The translations under genes were made by a program, and so were the position numbers. The notes under the pieces are model-generated. The model was not told where the DNA came from. It saw only the letters and a list, made by a program, of their open reading frames with translations, and made no database searches. 64,000 nt of DNA from Massalongia carnosa. Its lineage: Eukaryota. Below, one piece after another: positions 1 through 13,000 of the stretch (positions within the stretch are counted from its first letter, which is position 1; the number at the start of each line of letters is the position of its first letter). The stretch covers positions 248,001-312,000 of the forward strand of contig OZ287087.1 of assembly GCA_965645245.1 (NCBI GenBank), given 5' to 3'.

Positions 1-101
1 TGTTTTGTTGATAATGTCGAGCGAATTGCGACGCACATGAGCCTTGGTGTAAGAGTCAGACCTGGCGATTATCAGACACCAGGCCTAGGGATATGTGACA
101 A

Positions 102-562
102 TGTGAAGACACTAATGATTTGCTATACTAATATACTAAAAGAAGTATGTAGGTAAAGCGGAAGACTAATCGTTGAAGATTGCATCTCCCTCGAGCAGCC
201 TCCTTATATACCCGGACCGAAGCCCTTGACCCTCTGGGCCCTTGATACTGTAACTATCTTGACCGCCCATTACTCCTACCGGATAAGCCGGCTAAACACT
301 CTGCTGACTGCATCGTGGACACTGTGCTGACTGTATCGTAGACACTGTGCTGACTGTATCGTGGACACTGTGCTGACTGTATCGTACCATTCGCTCACTA
401 ATCGTACGAGCATCCTCGTATATCTCGATCGCTCGTACTATACTCTCGGCAGTAGATACCAGCCGCGTAACGCAGACCAACTGCTTTCCATATGACTAAG
501 CCTAGCCGTAGAACTAAGCCCCGCTTAGTTAGCTTAGCCCTTATTCCTTCTATGCCCTGACA
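102..562. mobile_element. Putative solo LTR / LTR remnant
   Basis: Starts TGTGAAG and ends CCCTGACA, the same 8-nt end as the chromovirus LTRs at 3930 and 10079. Non-coding, with an internal minisatellite. No TSD seen. Confidence 0.35.
295..386. repeat. Minisatellite, 4 x 23 bp (GACACTGTGCTGACTGTATCGTR)
   Basis: Units at 295, 318, 341 and 364; the first is slightly diverged. Confidence 0.9.
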
Positions 563-2650
563 CTTGGATAAATGGTGGCGTTCTTGTATGATCAACAGTC
601 ACAACTCGAAAAGGGTCTTTAGAGGCAATGAATGATTTAATGAATTGAGTGTGAGAACCTATATTATAGCAGTAATTAGCAACAGGTATCAGACTGAGAA
701 CCAACCGGAGACTCAAAATAAAATTAGAAACGTACCTTTAATATCTAAAGAGTAATTTCCAGAATCTTCACTTTCATCTAAGCGTTTCAACCCACTAGCT
801 ATATTAATCTTATTATATAATGAAGATTTACAGTAGTTAAATAACAAGCCGGAATACAATGTACAATGTCTTTTATGAGATCAATATCTGTGATGATAAC
901 TGATATCTCAAACAAACAGGTTTTTGAATGATTGAAGAAATACAAAAGTAGACTACATGAAAGATGTTGTGATCTGTTACACTCAATGTGGTGTTGTCAC
1001 ATGTTTAGAAGAACACCGAATTATTCATTGAAAAATGAAATCTCTAACGGCGTGACTTTTACATTCTTCCGTTTTCATCTTATCTTACAATATCGGGAAT
1101 AACAAAAATCGAAAACGGAGATAATTCACCTCGTAAGTCAACATCTTAATCTCTATTTTCAAGTCTCTCATTCACTTCTACATCTTCAAGCTTTTCTCAA
1201 TCTCAAGATTCATCAAGATCCACAACAATCGAGAAATCTTATCATGTCTGATCATGGTCCTGCAGCACCGTTGATCTCCTCCAATCCTTTCAACAACATT
1301 GTAACTGTCAGCTGGAGAAAATCGCCCTGTTATTCGAAGCCTATCGTGAACTGTTGAAGCAATCAGACGAAAATCCAGAGCTTAACAAATTCGTTGAGAA
1401 TAAGATTCGGTGACATAGTTTTGCTGCGCTTGTCACTTAATGAATTGAAGTTAAAAACATGACCTACAAGATACGAGTACAATCCTCGGAAACAAGCTGA
1501 TTGTCCGCAGGTACCATTTATCCACGAATATGTGAAGGATGTTATCGGGAGCGAAATCCGAAATAGCTTCGTCCAATTGCAAGACGAACGAAAATCCCGA
1601 AGTTGGAAGTCTAGTCAATGGCTTCGTAAAGCTAGATTTTCTTTCGTGAATCTCGACAGATGTGATAAACGCAGCTCCGTCAAATCGTTCCGACATCGCG
1701 AAGTTCGCTTTGCAGGGCTTGTCTTGGACATAACAAACTCTTAGAAAGGCAAAGATTCGCCTGAACTCGCTCGGGATTATATTGATGAATCAGGTGGACA
1801 TGATACGCGTGGTCGTGGGACTAATATTGATTATCGAAAGTCCAAGCTGGCCCAAGTGTTGGCTTGGCAAATGAAAATCGTCGCAAACGGCGGAGCGGGA
1901 ATCTAACGTAAAATAAAAACCGTCAATCAAGATTAAATGGAAATCTCGACGAAGTTCGCTAACGAGGATATAGACCTTTCGAATTGAAACCGGTGCGGCA
2001 AGCGAAGGAGCTCTCATCTTTCCTTGAAAGACCTCGCATCAACAAAGCTCCTCGCTCTCGACGATGAAGACGCCGCGGTGGAAATCTCATTTAATCTACT
2101 GGCCGGATTGTTGGCCGAAGTCGAAACACTCTATGATTTGGAACAAAACAGTTCGGCGCTACTGATATGGAGTTCCGCGGTGAGTGGAGGCTACAATCCA
2201 ATGTGCCAGATCGCGAGGAGGTCGAGGAGGGCCACGACGACAACGATAACGACAACAACAACAACAACAACAACGGTCAAACCTGGGAGGATGATGAGGA
2301 TAAGTAATATGAAGCTAATATGTACTGGGGCGGAGAGCAGAAAGGGATTCGCAAAACTCAATCAATAGTCCCCAATCTCCTGCTTCTCATCTTGTGGTTT
2401 CTAGAATAACTAATTCAAATCGGGGATGCCTGAATGCCTTTCCCTCTCGCTTCATACTGACTAATCTTTCTCCCAAGTTATCACTGCGGAACAGCTTGAT
2501 TTCCGACAAGAGAGGTAGCTGTACACCTGCGAGCGGGATCAATCATTCTTTCCTTTTTATATCAGCGTGCTCAGTTCCCTAGATAACGGATGTGATTTAC
2601 CCTGCTCTTGGGCTGCTGTAGAGACGATGTATCATGACGAGAAGTGGGTA

Positions 2651-3749
2651 TCACGCGGGTGACAAAATTAAATTTACACCAAAATTTCTACCCCACCAAA
2701 ATCATCGGACTTTTTATCCACCATCCATCATCTTAAATAATCATGAATCGATCAACCACTCCACTTCTTGATATTACAGGCCTGGAGTCGAAGTTCCTAC
2801 GCCTAATAAGGCAAAAATTCAAGCAGCTGTAGAATTTTGCGAAGCAATGGGAATATCTTATTATAAGGAAGACGTTTTTCATGTGTTCAATGCTTCAAGA
2901 CAACAAGGCTACAAATATCTTTGCAGCAAATCTTCACGAAGACATCATAATAATCTCGATATATCAGAGCAGCGGGGTCGAAATCTATCATAACATCTCA
3001 ACAAATACGAGAAATGGAGCGAATTCTTGAGACCGAAGGCATTGAAGCACGAGTTTTAACTTGGGAAAATTGGGCTACGAAGTGGGCTTGGATTGTAGTG
3101 GTCGCACTGTTTAAAGAGCGATGGGTATGATGGTTTATCATAAGTGTGTTTCTTGTAGAAAGGGCTGGGTCAATAAGAAAACAGCCGCTCATTGAGTCAG
3201 TTGGGCAACTGTCATGCTTGAGAAATATCCTGAGTCGGAGGATTGACATCCTGTACGATTCAGCGCTGAGGTTCATTTCGGCTGGGGTCCCCAAGGAAAA
3301 CTACGAATCAGACGAAAACCTGGAGAAAGATATTGTCAAAATTTTATTCAAGAAGAAAATGAACCAGATGAGAAGGACAAAAAGCGTCATCATTGCTGGG
3401 CTGCGGTGGGATACAATTTTAAATCAGATATCTTTTTCTACGATGTTTCGGGTAACACCAACGGAAAGATGAGTCAAAAGGCCTACATCGAGCAGATATT
3501 GAATCCGATTGTTCTTCCATGGCTGCAAACGGGTTAGAGGTTCGTTTTAGAAGGAGATGGTGATTCAGGTCATGGACCAGGCAAATCGAATATCGTACGC
3601 ACCTGGAAGGAGAAAAATAAGTTGAATCATTATTTCAATTGTGCTTCATCTCCTGATCTGTCTCCAATTGAGAATTGCTGGCAGCCTGTCAAACAACATC
3701 TTCGAAAATATCCTCATTGGGATGATACAACTACTAAAGAGTTGATTTA
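2651..3749 (+). mobile_element. Degenerate Tc1/mariner (DDE) transposon, right part lost at chromovirus LTR
   Basis: TA followed by TIR start CACGCGGGTGACAAAAT, shared with 13352. Frameshifted transposase remnants RFS(A)[35 protein letters not shown]. Confidence 0.8.
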
Positions 3750-3990
3750 TGTAAGGAAGCTGTCGTCGATTCTAATCAACCGCTATTAAACCAAAATTTA
3801 TCTACAAAAGAAGAAAAGAATTATTGTGCGCGACTCGATAGAAATATCTGCACCGAGTGTCGCGCTAGCCTCGTGTGCTCCCGTGATCCCCACTTCCATC
3901 TCAGCCTTATGTCAGGCTAGGACCCTGACACTATCCCCCCTCTTCTATTGGCGAGGTCTCCGAAGCGCTAAGTGGCAGGCGCCCTGCCAG

Positions 3991-6900
3991 CTAGCCTGAT
4001 TCTTGATTATCATCTATTTTTGTTAGATCATCTGGTGGTTTGGGTTTCTGTGGGTGTTCTCGATGGTATTGGAGGATTTTGTCCTTTGAATTCTTGAAGT
4101 CTGTCCATGGTTGCCAGTAAGGGTTCGCGTTCCATTCGTCCCAGTTTCCCACGAACGTGGCTTTGTATTGAACTCCGAATTTTCTTGTCTCACGGCAGTC
4201 TACTACTTCTAGGACTTCCCATTCTTCATGTGATTCTTCCTCATCGTTTCCTGTTATCGAGATAGGTGGGCCTGGCGGAAGAACTTGTCCTGGGAAAGGG
4301 TCGGACGGCGCGAGGTGGAGTTTCCATGGATGAAAGATTGGTGTAAGTCCTACGTTCCTTAATTGGTCTGGAATGTCTAGTTCGTATGCCTTATTATCGA
4401 TAATTCTGATTATCTTCCATGGGCCTGCGTTTTTGAATCCTAGAGACCTGCTCGAGCGCTCGGATGCAAAATGTTTAGCATTAACATATACTATGTCTCC
4501 TACCTTGTATTCTGGATGCGGCTGGCGATCTTTGTTCGCATGCCGCGCTTGATCTTCTTGAGCCCATGCTAACTGATCTCTTAGCCATGTTCGCATTGCT
4601 TCCTGACGTTCTATAATCTTATCGGAGTGTAATACTTCGGCCTTGCCTTTTCCTTCATAGTGGCCTGGTGGTTCTATCCCACTCCGCGGGTTAAAGCCGT
4701 GATCCGCGAAGAAAGGTGTCATTCCGGTTGAGACGTTTACGTGATTGTTGGCGGCGAATTCTGCGTCTGCTAGGTAATCTACCCAGTTGTCTTGAGTATA
4801 ATTGACGTAGGCTCTGAGGTAATTCTTCATTACTTTGTTGGCGTTCTCTGTCTGACCGTCTGTCTCTGGATGATGCGCTGACGAAATCTTGATTTTTATC
4901 CCGTATCTTTCGCAGACTCTTTTCCACAAGTGTGCTGTTAATTGACTTCCTCTATCATTAACCGTGGATATAGGAAACCCATAAGACGAGAATAATCTTC
5001 GAGCCATAGCATCCATTAATTCGTCCGTAGAAAGAGATGTTAAAGGTTCGTATAAACGTCTTTTTGTCAAACGATCTATGACTACCAATATGTGCTGGTA
5101 GACTCTATTTCGTCTGCGGCATTCGGGAAGGAATTCGATGAAGTCCAATGAAATATCTGTCCATTTTCTGTTCGGTATAGGAAGAGGATTCAATAAACCT
5201 TGCTTTTTATCGTTATACGCTTTAGACCTTCGGCAGACAGAGCAGTTCACCGCATATCGTTTGCAATGATCTTTCATTTCAAACCAGAAGTAGTTTTCTC
5301 TCATGATTTGATACATGCTTTTATATCCTGGATGGCCTTGTAAGGACGGTTCGTGATGTTTCTTTAAAAGATATAACTGTAAGGGCTCATGGTTTGGGAT
5401 ATATAATCTTCCGTTGACATATAGCTTGTGATCTTCCAGCTTAAGGTCTCCCATGGCTAGCTTTATCCCTCTTTTTATGAGGTTTAGTGGGAGTTTTCTT
5501 AATTCCTTTCTTTTTGCTGATATTATGTCTTGGACTACTTCGTCGTTTTCATAAGCTTCTTCTATATGTTCTTCTAGAGATTTTTCTTCTATCTCTCTGC
5601 CTTCATTTGCGACGAGACCTTGTTCATTGTCGGCCCTCTCTGTCCTTTCTGAGATGTCCTCTTCGGTGGTTTCGCTTTGATTATCATGATCTTCGTTCTC
5701 GTCGTTGATACTGGTGTTTGCTGTATTTGTACAAAAAACCACGGATAACGCTTTTCGTACGTCGTCGTCTAATTGATGCTCTTGCAACAATGTTTGAAAT
5801 TGATGTTGCTGACGACTATCTTCCAATCCCTTTGGAAGATCCTGAGACCGGCGGGTTAATGTGTCTGGTTTCTCACCTTGTTTTCCTGGCCTATACGTGA
5901 TCTTGAAATTGAATTCCGATAGGAATTCCGCCCATCTGGCTTGCCTGCGGTTCAGTTGCTTTGTTGTCATGAAGTGTTCCAAGTTCTTATGATCCGTGTA
6001 AACCTTTACTGGTTTATCTGGGGCTGCACTGGCAATCTCGGGTCGCCAGACCTCAAAGCTTTTTACGATGGCTAAGAGTTCTTTGTCGTATATCATATAA
6101 TTACACTCGGCGGGTGTCATCTTTTTAGAGAAGTAAGCCACCGGTTTCAATACTCCATCGTGCATCTGAGAGAGGACCCCGGCGCTGACGAAATCTGAGG
6201 AATCCGTCTCTACCCAGGTCTCTAAAGCAGGGTCATAATGTGCTAACACTGGTGCTGTAGTGAATGCCTCCTTCAAATCTTCAAAGGCTCTCTGACAGTC
6301 CTCTGACCAAATAAATGTATTATACTTGGTTCTTTTCTTTCCCGACTTTGTGGTAATTTGCTCGCCTTTGGTTAGTTCAGTTAATGATCTCGTTCTTTGC
6401 GAGAATTTTGATATAAATCTCCGATAGAAATTCGCAAAATCTAAGAATGCTTGTACGTCTTTTACGGATTCTGGTGTTGCCCATTTTAAAACCGCTTCGA
6501 TTTTTTCGGGATCCATTTTTATTCCATCGGTGGTGACTATCAGTCCGAGATACTTTACTTCCGTCACTGAGAATTTACATTTGTCGATGTCGACTTGAAG
6601 TCCTCGTTCTTGCAATCTCTTTAGAACCTTTAAAACTTGTCCCGAATGTTCCTCTTCATTTCCGCTATAAATCAAGACGTCGTCTAAATATGCCGTGCAA
6701 AAGACGTCCAGATATTCTCGAACGGTATCGTTTATAAAGCTCTGAAAGGTTCCCGGAGCATTGCATAAACCGAAGGGCATTACTAGATACTCGAATTGGC
6801 CGTATCTTGTATTAAACGCGGTGAGCCATTCATGACCCTCTTTTATTCTCATACGATTGAATGCGGAGATAACATCTAGCTTCGTGAACTTCTTGGCTTG

Positions 6901-7989
6901 TGAAAGCTTTCCGAGAGTCTCATTGATTAATGGAATAGGATATCGATTTTTTATTGTAATCGAATTCAAGGCACGGTAGTCTACGCAAAACCTCAGTCCC
7001 CCTCCAGGTTTTCTAACCAACAGGACCGGAGCAGCTGCACTCGAGGAGCTCGGGCGGATGAAACATTTTCCTAGATGTTCATTGATATATTTCTTCACCG
7101 CTTCCATTTCTTGTTCGGACATAGGTTTGTAATTTCTTACATAAGGAGGTTTTTTTCCTTCTTCGAGGTTTATTTGATGATCCTCCTTTCGATGCTTGGG
7201 TAATTCGTCAGCTTTATGTTTCATGAAGACTTCTATCACGCTGTGATATGCCACGGGAACTCTTTTCAATAGCTCCTCGCGAGTGTACTCGGGTTTTCCC
7301 TTCATGAACTTGTCGTAATCTCCTGATGTTACAGCCCCAGTGGTTGTCGCACAACAGGCTTTGGTCTTCTCTTGAGGAATCCACAGATATCCTTCATGAT
7401 CCTTCTTTTTAGCCATGCGAAAGAAGTGCTTCGCGTTAACTGGGAGAACTTCTATGTCCCCCTTTGGCTCAATCCTGTCTTTGACCTTGCTACCTATGGC
7501 AAACTCGGTGCAAGTTATCCCCCGTGTGAGACATCCTTTTTCTAAACAATCTGAAGAGTTGAACTTCATAGTTCGCTCTTTCCAGTTAATACTCGGGTTG
7601 TGGGTTTGTAGCCACCCATCCCCTAAAATAAGTGAGTACGTATCAAGTTTTGCTAAATAGCACCGGACTTGTTCTTCATGATCTCCGATCTTTATCTCGA
7701 TCAGAGCAGCTTTGGTGAGAAGTTGGACTATTTCTCCGTTACCCAGAGTAAGTTTCACCTTCTTGTCCAGTTTGAAGGTGCTTAATTTATGAATACGCGC
7801 AAAGGATTCGTCAATGAGTTCGGCTTCACTTCCATTATCGACAAATAAACGGGTTTTAATCCCAGCTATGCTAGTTTTAAATACTAAATGCTTGCCCTCG
7901 ATTTTCTTTTCAGTATCGCGGACAGCACAAGTAGAGACCCTAACACTCTTTATTTCAGCTTCACCGTTCTCATTAACAACATCCCCCTC
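3991..7989 (-). CDS. pol: Gypsy Pol: aspartic protease, RT, RNase H, integrase, chromodomain
   Basis: The frame stays open upstream of the listed ORF to a TAA at 7990-7992 and includes protease LFVDNGS. Also YLDD RT motif, ETDSSD RNase H, HH..H..CSVC plus DFI..DRG..E integrase, and C-terminal EEWEVLEVVD chromodomain. Confidence 0.92.
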   Translation of the reverse strand, partial: EGDVVNENGEAEIKSVRVSTCAVRDTEKKIEGKHLVFKTSIAGIKTRLFVDNGSEAELIDESFARIHKLSTFKLDKKVKLTLGNGEIVQLLTKAALIEIKIGDHEEQVRCYLAKLDTYSLILGDGWLQTHNPSINWKERTMKFNSSDCLEKGCLTRGITCTEFAIGSKVKDRIEPKGDIEVLPVNAKHFFRMAKKKDHEGYLWIPQEKTKACCATTTGAVTSGDYDKFMKGKPEYTREELLKRVPVAYHSVIEVFMKHKADELPKHRKEDHQINLEEGKKPPYVRNYKPMSEQEMEAVKKYINEHLGKCFIRPSSSSAAAPVLLVRKPGGGLRFCVDYRALNSITIKNRYPIPLINETLGKLSQAKKFTKLDVISAFNRMRIKEGHEWLTAFNTRYGQFEYLVMPFGLCNAPGTFQSFINDTVREYLDVFCTAYLDDVLIYSGNEEEHSGQVLKVLKRLQERGLQVDIDKCKFSVTEVKYLGLIVTTDGIKMDPEKIEAVLKWATPESVKDVQAFLDFANFYRRFISKFSQRTRSLTELTKGEQITTKSGKKRTKYNTFIWSEDCQRAFEDLKEAFTTAPVLAHYDPALETWVETDSSDFVSAGVLSQMHDGVLKPVAYFSKKMTPAECNYMIYDKELLAIVKSFEVWRPEIASAAPDKPVKVYTDHKNLEHFMTTKQLNRRQARWAEFLSEFNFKITYRPGKQGEKPDTLTRRSQDLPKGLEDSRQQHQFQTLLQEHQLDDDVRKALSVVFCTNTANTSINDENEDHDNQSETTEEDISERTERADNEQGLVANEGREIEEKSLEEHIEEAYENDEVVQDIISAKRKELRKLPLNLIKRGIKLAMGDLKLEDHKLYVNGRLYIPNHEPLQLYLLKKHHEPSLQGHPGYKSMYQIMRENYFWFEMKDHCKRYAVNCSVCRRSKAYNDKKQGLLNPLPIPNRKWTDISLDFIEFLPECRRRNRVYQHILVVIDRLTKRRLYEPLTSLSTDELMDAMARRLFSSYGFPISTVNDRGSQLTAHLWKRVCERYGIKIKISSAHHPETDGQTENANKVMKNYLRAYVNYTQDNWVDYLADAEFAANNHVNVSTGMTPFFADHGFNPRSGIEPPGHYEGKGKAEVLHSDKIIERQEAMRTWLRDQLAWAQEDQARHANKDRQPHPEYKVGDIVYVNAKHFASERSSRSLGFKNAGPWKIIRIIDNKAYELDIPDQLRNVGLTPIFHPWKLHLAPSDPFPGQVLPPGPPISITGNDEEESHEEWEVLEVVDCRETRKFGVQYKATFVGNWDEWNANPYWQPWTDFKNSKDKILQYHREHPQKPKPPDDLTKIDDNQESG

Positions 7990-8021
7990 TTAGAGTCCTT
8001 GATCGCGAGTTTGATCAAGGA

Positions 8022-9679
8022 CTAAGCTTTCCCCGAGTCCGATTCAGAACCGGAATCGGTTTCTATTGTTTTCATGGCGTTTAGTTTCCTCTTTTTGTGC
8101 TGAGGACAGATTGAATCGCTTCCCCGATGTTCCGATCCCCTGCAAGCCCAGCATCTACCCTGGGCGGACAGGGTTTCCCGATCATCGTTCTCCAATTTTT
8201 TTGGATTCGGGTCTGGATCGTACCAAGCACCTGTTCAACCTGTTGGTTTCACGATCGTCGGGGCGGGTTTGGTGCTCGGGCGATCCTCGATTTTCTTGAT
8301 TTGATGAGAGGGGGAGTATGAAGACTTTCCCTTAGTTGATTGTCCTCCCAAGAAGTTGCTCCCTTTGCCGGCGTTCTTTGACGGGAGTTGTTTCTCGGGG
8401 CGAGGGAAGTGTTGGGCGACATCCTTTCGGCGATCCTCGATTCTCCGAGCCTCGTCCAATAGGGGACGGAATTCCGTGAAGACCGAACCCATCAACGAGC
8501 TGGAGATGCTCGGTTTCAATGTCACGAGGAATTTCTCGATTCTCTCGTCGACAGGGGTCTTCGCCCTTTGCCAGAGCTTGAAAATGCGGTGATAGTACTC
8601 GCTCACGCTCTCGCCTCCTTTCATGGTAATGGCGATCAGTTCCTTCTTGGCATCTCGGCTTTGCAGATGAATCCCCATGTAATGTTCGATTTCCTCGAAC
8701 AAGGCGTCGATAGTGAGGGAATCCCCCGTGTCGGCTACCCAAGAATGCATGGCTCCAAAGATCGGAGCCTCCATCTGTGACAACGCATATCCGACCTTCT
8801 CGCTCTCATCGGCATACAATGGTGAGTCAGTTTTCAATTTGTTTCGAATAGAATAAGCCCATGGGCTATATTCTTCAGGGTCCTCGCCTCTCAGGGGCTT
8901 ACTAGGTTTGATCCCCCGGGGACGCCAGTTCTGGGGATTTGATGCAGTGTTTTGGGTACCAACAGTATCTTCTCGTTGATAGCGGGTATTATTCTCCGCG
9001 GCTCTGCGAACGAGCGTTTCCTTCTCTTCTTGCAATCTATCTTTGGCTGACAGAGCCTGTTCCAACTCTATCTCCTTATGTGATAGTTCCTCTTGAGCTA
9101 GAAGAATTTGATGTTCCCCTTCTTCTATTTCGGTTACAAAACACTCCGCTTGTTGCTTGTATCGCCTGTTTATTCTCTTTTCCGCGATGCGTTTCTCGTC
9201 GGCATCTCGAAGAGAGAGACACTTCTCATAAAGCGTTTTATCATATTCGATTGCCTTGGAAATGAACTCGTACCAACGAGGACCCTCTCTGTCATCCGAG
9301 ATCACATCTCGAAATTCTTCGAATTTTCGGACTCTATATCTCGTTGGTTGTCCCATTGCCCCTTTCTCATAATATGGATGCTCCGAGATGTTTATCTCGC
9401 GAGACAACTCCCTATCCTTGCCCAATCCGTCCTAGGGTTATCATTCGGTGCCGCTTCAATCGTCGGCATTGTTCGTTTGTCTGAAGAGAGTTCGGGGTCC
9501 TCGAACGCTCCTGGCATGCTATTGCTTGATCGGACTGAGTGGCGGGATAAGGAACGTGCGCGGGTGTTAAAAGCTGGGCCAGTATTTTTGTCCCCTCGAG
9601 GGGCTCCGGCTTTTCTGGCCGTCATTGGGGTTTTCGAACTCATGGCGGCGTTCTGGAATGGAGATCGGTTCGGATACAC
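8022..9679 (-). pseudogene. gag: Gypsy Gag, interrupted by a frameshift (~9400) and a premature TGA (8235)
   Basis: Retrotrans_gag-like region (ESVSEYYHRIFKLW). Downstream of the TGA the frame continues with zinc knuckle CWACRGSEH...C and ends SGKA*. Confidence 0.8.
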
Positions 9680-10079
9680 ACGAGCGATCAGTCTTGAATC
9701 TACTAGGACGGGTCTTTACCCAACTTGAAATTTTTTGGAAATTATCAATCGGATCCGCACGATTGATTGATCTGGAAGATGCTGAAACAGGCTTTCACCC
9801 TATCTGGAAATTGTCTGGAACGGGTGTCTACCCCAAGAGAGTTCTGATAAGATGGTAGATAAATTGTGTAAGGAAGCTGTCGTCGATTCTAATCAACCGC
9901 TATTAAACCAAATTTATCTACAAAGAGGAAAAGAGAAATTACTGTGCGCCCTTGACGAAGATATTATCACCGTGGGTCGCGCTAGTGCACGTGCTCCCGT
10001 GATCCCCCTTTCCCTCATAACTGGCGCTAAGCATGTTCATTGAACCTCCTAAGCCCTATGTCAGGCTAGGACCCTGACA

Positions 10080-13000
10080 TACAATGCAGACCTACTAGAT
10101 ATACGGGATTTCCCGGTGAAACGCCGAACCCGGTGAGAACGCCGAAATTTCTAATTTTCGGCACTTTGCTATTTTTTGCTACCATGCGACAACCACCACG
10201 ATTGATACACTGAAGCTTTGGTAAAATGTACATAGAAGGTGTCCATTTTGATGTATTGAAAAAAATTCTATTCGCCAAAATGATTTGGCTTTCGCACCTC
10301 TCTCCCCCTAGATGTACGAGAAATTATCATTTCCACTCCACCAACCACCTCGACATCATCACTTTGCTCCTGGGACTGCTTTCGACACTTTGGCACCTGC
10401 TTTGGCCCTGTAGATGTCGATTTCAACCTCATCGATAATTTAGAAGGCTTAGTACTTGCGTTTTTCAATTCGTTTTGGGCCTGCTTTTCGACCGCTTTAG
10501 CCTGCCTCGCCTCCTCGATCAATCGTTTTTTTTCTACAGCAACTAGGACCCGTTCTTGCTTTTCTTTTTCCTTCAGCGACTTGTTAAAAACTAATTGTGC
10601 CCGTTTTTCAGCGAGATCCTGTTGCCGTCGTGTCTTTTCGTCATCTTTTGAAGCCTGATAGGCTCTGGCCGCTGCCACCCTACCCGGACTGAAAAATTGA
10701 GGCCCAGAATCTTCTTCACCTAGCAAATTCAGGCGTTTACCACGTTTGCGTCGTTTTTTTTCCTCTTTAAGTGCCTCGCATAGGCCCCTAATTACGTGTT
10801 GATCAATAGAACGATTAGCTGCGAGACGCTCATTTGCAACAAATATCTTGGACAACAAAACTCTATTTGGCTCTTTTACGTAGGCTTTTTGTATGCGACG
10901 AACCGCCCGTCCCGTCATAGGTTCTCGGGTGCTTGTGTGCCGTTAGGTTTCTCCTCTGGTGAAGGCGATTTGGTGATTTTATCTAGTAGGATGTTTGGAT
11001 TGTACGGCCATATGCCTGTCTTCTCAAACCCAGAGATTATGTTCTTTTCATTGAAGGCCTTCTGCCAGGCAGGCCAAAAAACACGCCAGAAGACTCTTTT
11101 TGATATGTTCACTGTGCCCAATGAGTTAAACATCATATCATTGAGGCCATTCGTATAACACCGGGCCAGGGGGGCAAACAATGAAATATCTAGGGGTTGC
11201 AACCGGTGCGTAGTATGCGATGGTAGAATCATCAATAGAATTCGTAGTTCATCGCATTTATTGATGAATTTCATATTGACGTAGCTAGAATGACCATCCA
11301 CCACCAGCAACCGCCTTCTATGCCCCATATGCTTCGTACATCGTTCAAAAACACGCTCAAGCCAGTTCAGACCAAGCAGGTCACAACTCCATCCATTGGA
11401 GGAGACCGCGAAGAAAGCTTGCTGATCTACACTCCAAACCATGTATCCTGAAGTGTCTTTGAATCGCCTCTACAGATCAGCGCGGGTGGTAAAGCGGTAC
11501 CGTTTGCGCATATGCAAGCCAGTAGACTGATGAATTCATGACTTCCATCTTGACTCGCATGGGTTATGCGCCCCGATTCTAGAGCTTCAAGAGTCATTAT
11601 TCGCTTTACGGCAGAGGCCATGCCAATTAAAAAGCCCTTTTCGGCCCAATTATAGACGTTATCTGCTGTGATGTTATATTTTTCGATGCCCGCGATCAAC
11701 AAGAAATGTTGACTATTAGGCACAAATGCGACGCAATTAGGGGCAGTTATATTGTCAAAACTACGGACCTGATCATAGAATTGCTTGAATGTAGGTGCAT
11801 ACTCAGACTTTATGCGTAGACTGTCCATGTTGCGTAAATATAGACTTTTAAGTCTATCTTGATTTCGCTTAGTGAATTCTCCCGCCCAGTTCCTACCTAC
11901 TGACGACTGGATCATTTCTTCTGCCAAATTGCGCACAATTGTAGGGGTAGGAGGTATTCCTCTGTCGGTTAATCGATTGATTTGTGAGATTAGAGCCTCT
12001 TCTTGGACCGTTGTGAGGGGTTGCTTATGTGTGGATGAAGCCTCCCGTCGGGAGACCGATTGGCCTTTCCATCGCCGCCGAAGAGTACTTTCGACTAGGC
12101 CAAATTTCTTAGCAGTTGCAAGTATATTTGGTCGCTCTTGCGATTCTAAATTAGCAATTGCTTGGTCAATTGGCGCGGTGGTGGTAGTGTTATTCATGGT
12201 TGAAGAGGGTAAGGTGGTGCGGAGTAATTTTCTAAAATTCGGCGTTGTCACCGGGTTCGGCGTTTCACCGGGAAATCCCGTATGTGAAAGACCAGGCAGC
12301 AACACGAGTGCTCTAGGCTTCGTAGATGACATCAATATGCTAGCATACGGAAAAAGCACCGAAGAAAATTGCAAGACGCTAGAGGTAATTCACAAAAAAT
12401 GTGAAAAATGGGCAAGTCGACATGGCTCAGTCTTCGCTCCGAAGAAATACGAATTGATACATTTGTCAAGAAATCCGAAGAAATTCAACATGTTCACTGT
12501 TATTCAAATTGGAAATAACATCATAAAACCAAAGACAGACATCAGAATTCTAGGACTTCAAATCGATTCAAAATTGAAATGGGGTGCTCACACAAGGAAA
12601 ATCCAGGAAAAAAAAATGACAAAACAATCCAGGGCATTGACAAAAATATCCACCTCCACATGGGGCGCCACTCTTCTAAAGGCACGCCAGGTTTACACCG
12701 CCGTAGTCAGGCCGGCCATGACGTACGGCTCCACCATTTGGCACATGCCAAAAGAAATTCAAAAATCAAACGTCATCACAAACAAACTGGCTGTTATACA
12801 AAACAAACGTCTAAGAAACATAGCCGGAGCCTTCAAAGCAACGCCCATAGCTGTCCTAGAAGCAGAGACATTTATAGCCTCAATTGACATACATTTAGAT
12901 CAACTACAGGCCCAGACCAGACAACGCCTGTGTCGAAATGGTCAAAAGAGTTTCATCACAAATGCATGCAACAAAATAGCCAATAAACTTCGAGGTCGGG

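Larger units (their letters stand above)
3750..10079 (-). mobile_element. Ty3/Gypsy chromovirus-type LTR retrotransposon (probably chimeric, inactive)
   Basis: LTRs 3750-3930 and 9867-10079 (TGTAAGG...CCCTGACA on +). PPT next to 3931 (AAGAGGGGGGATAG on -). gag then pol on the minus strand. No TSD. Confidence 0.95.
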
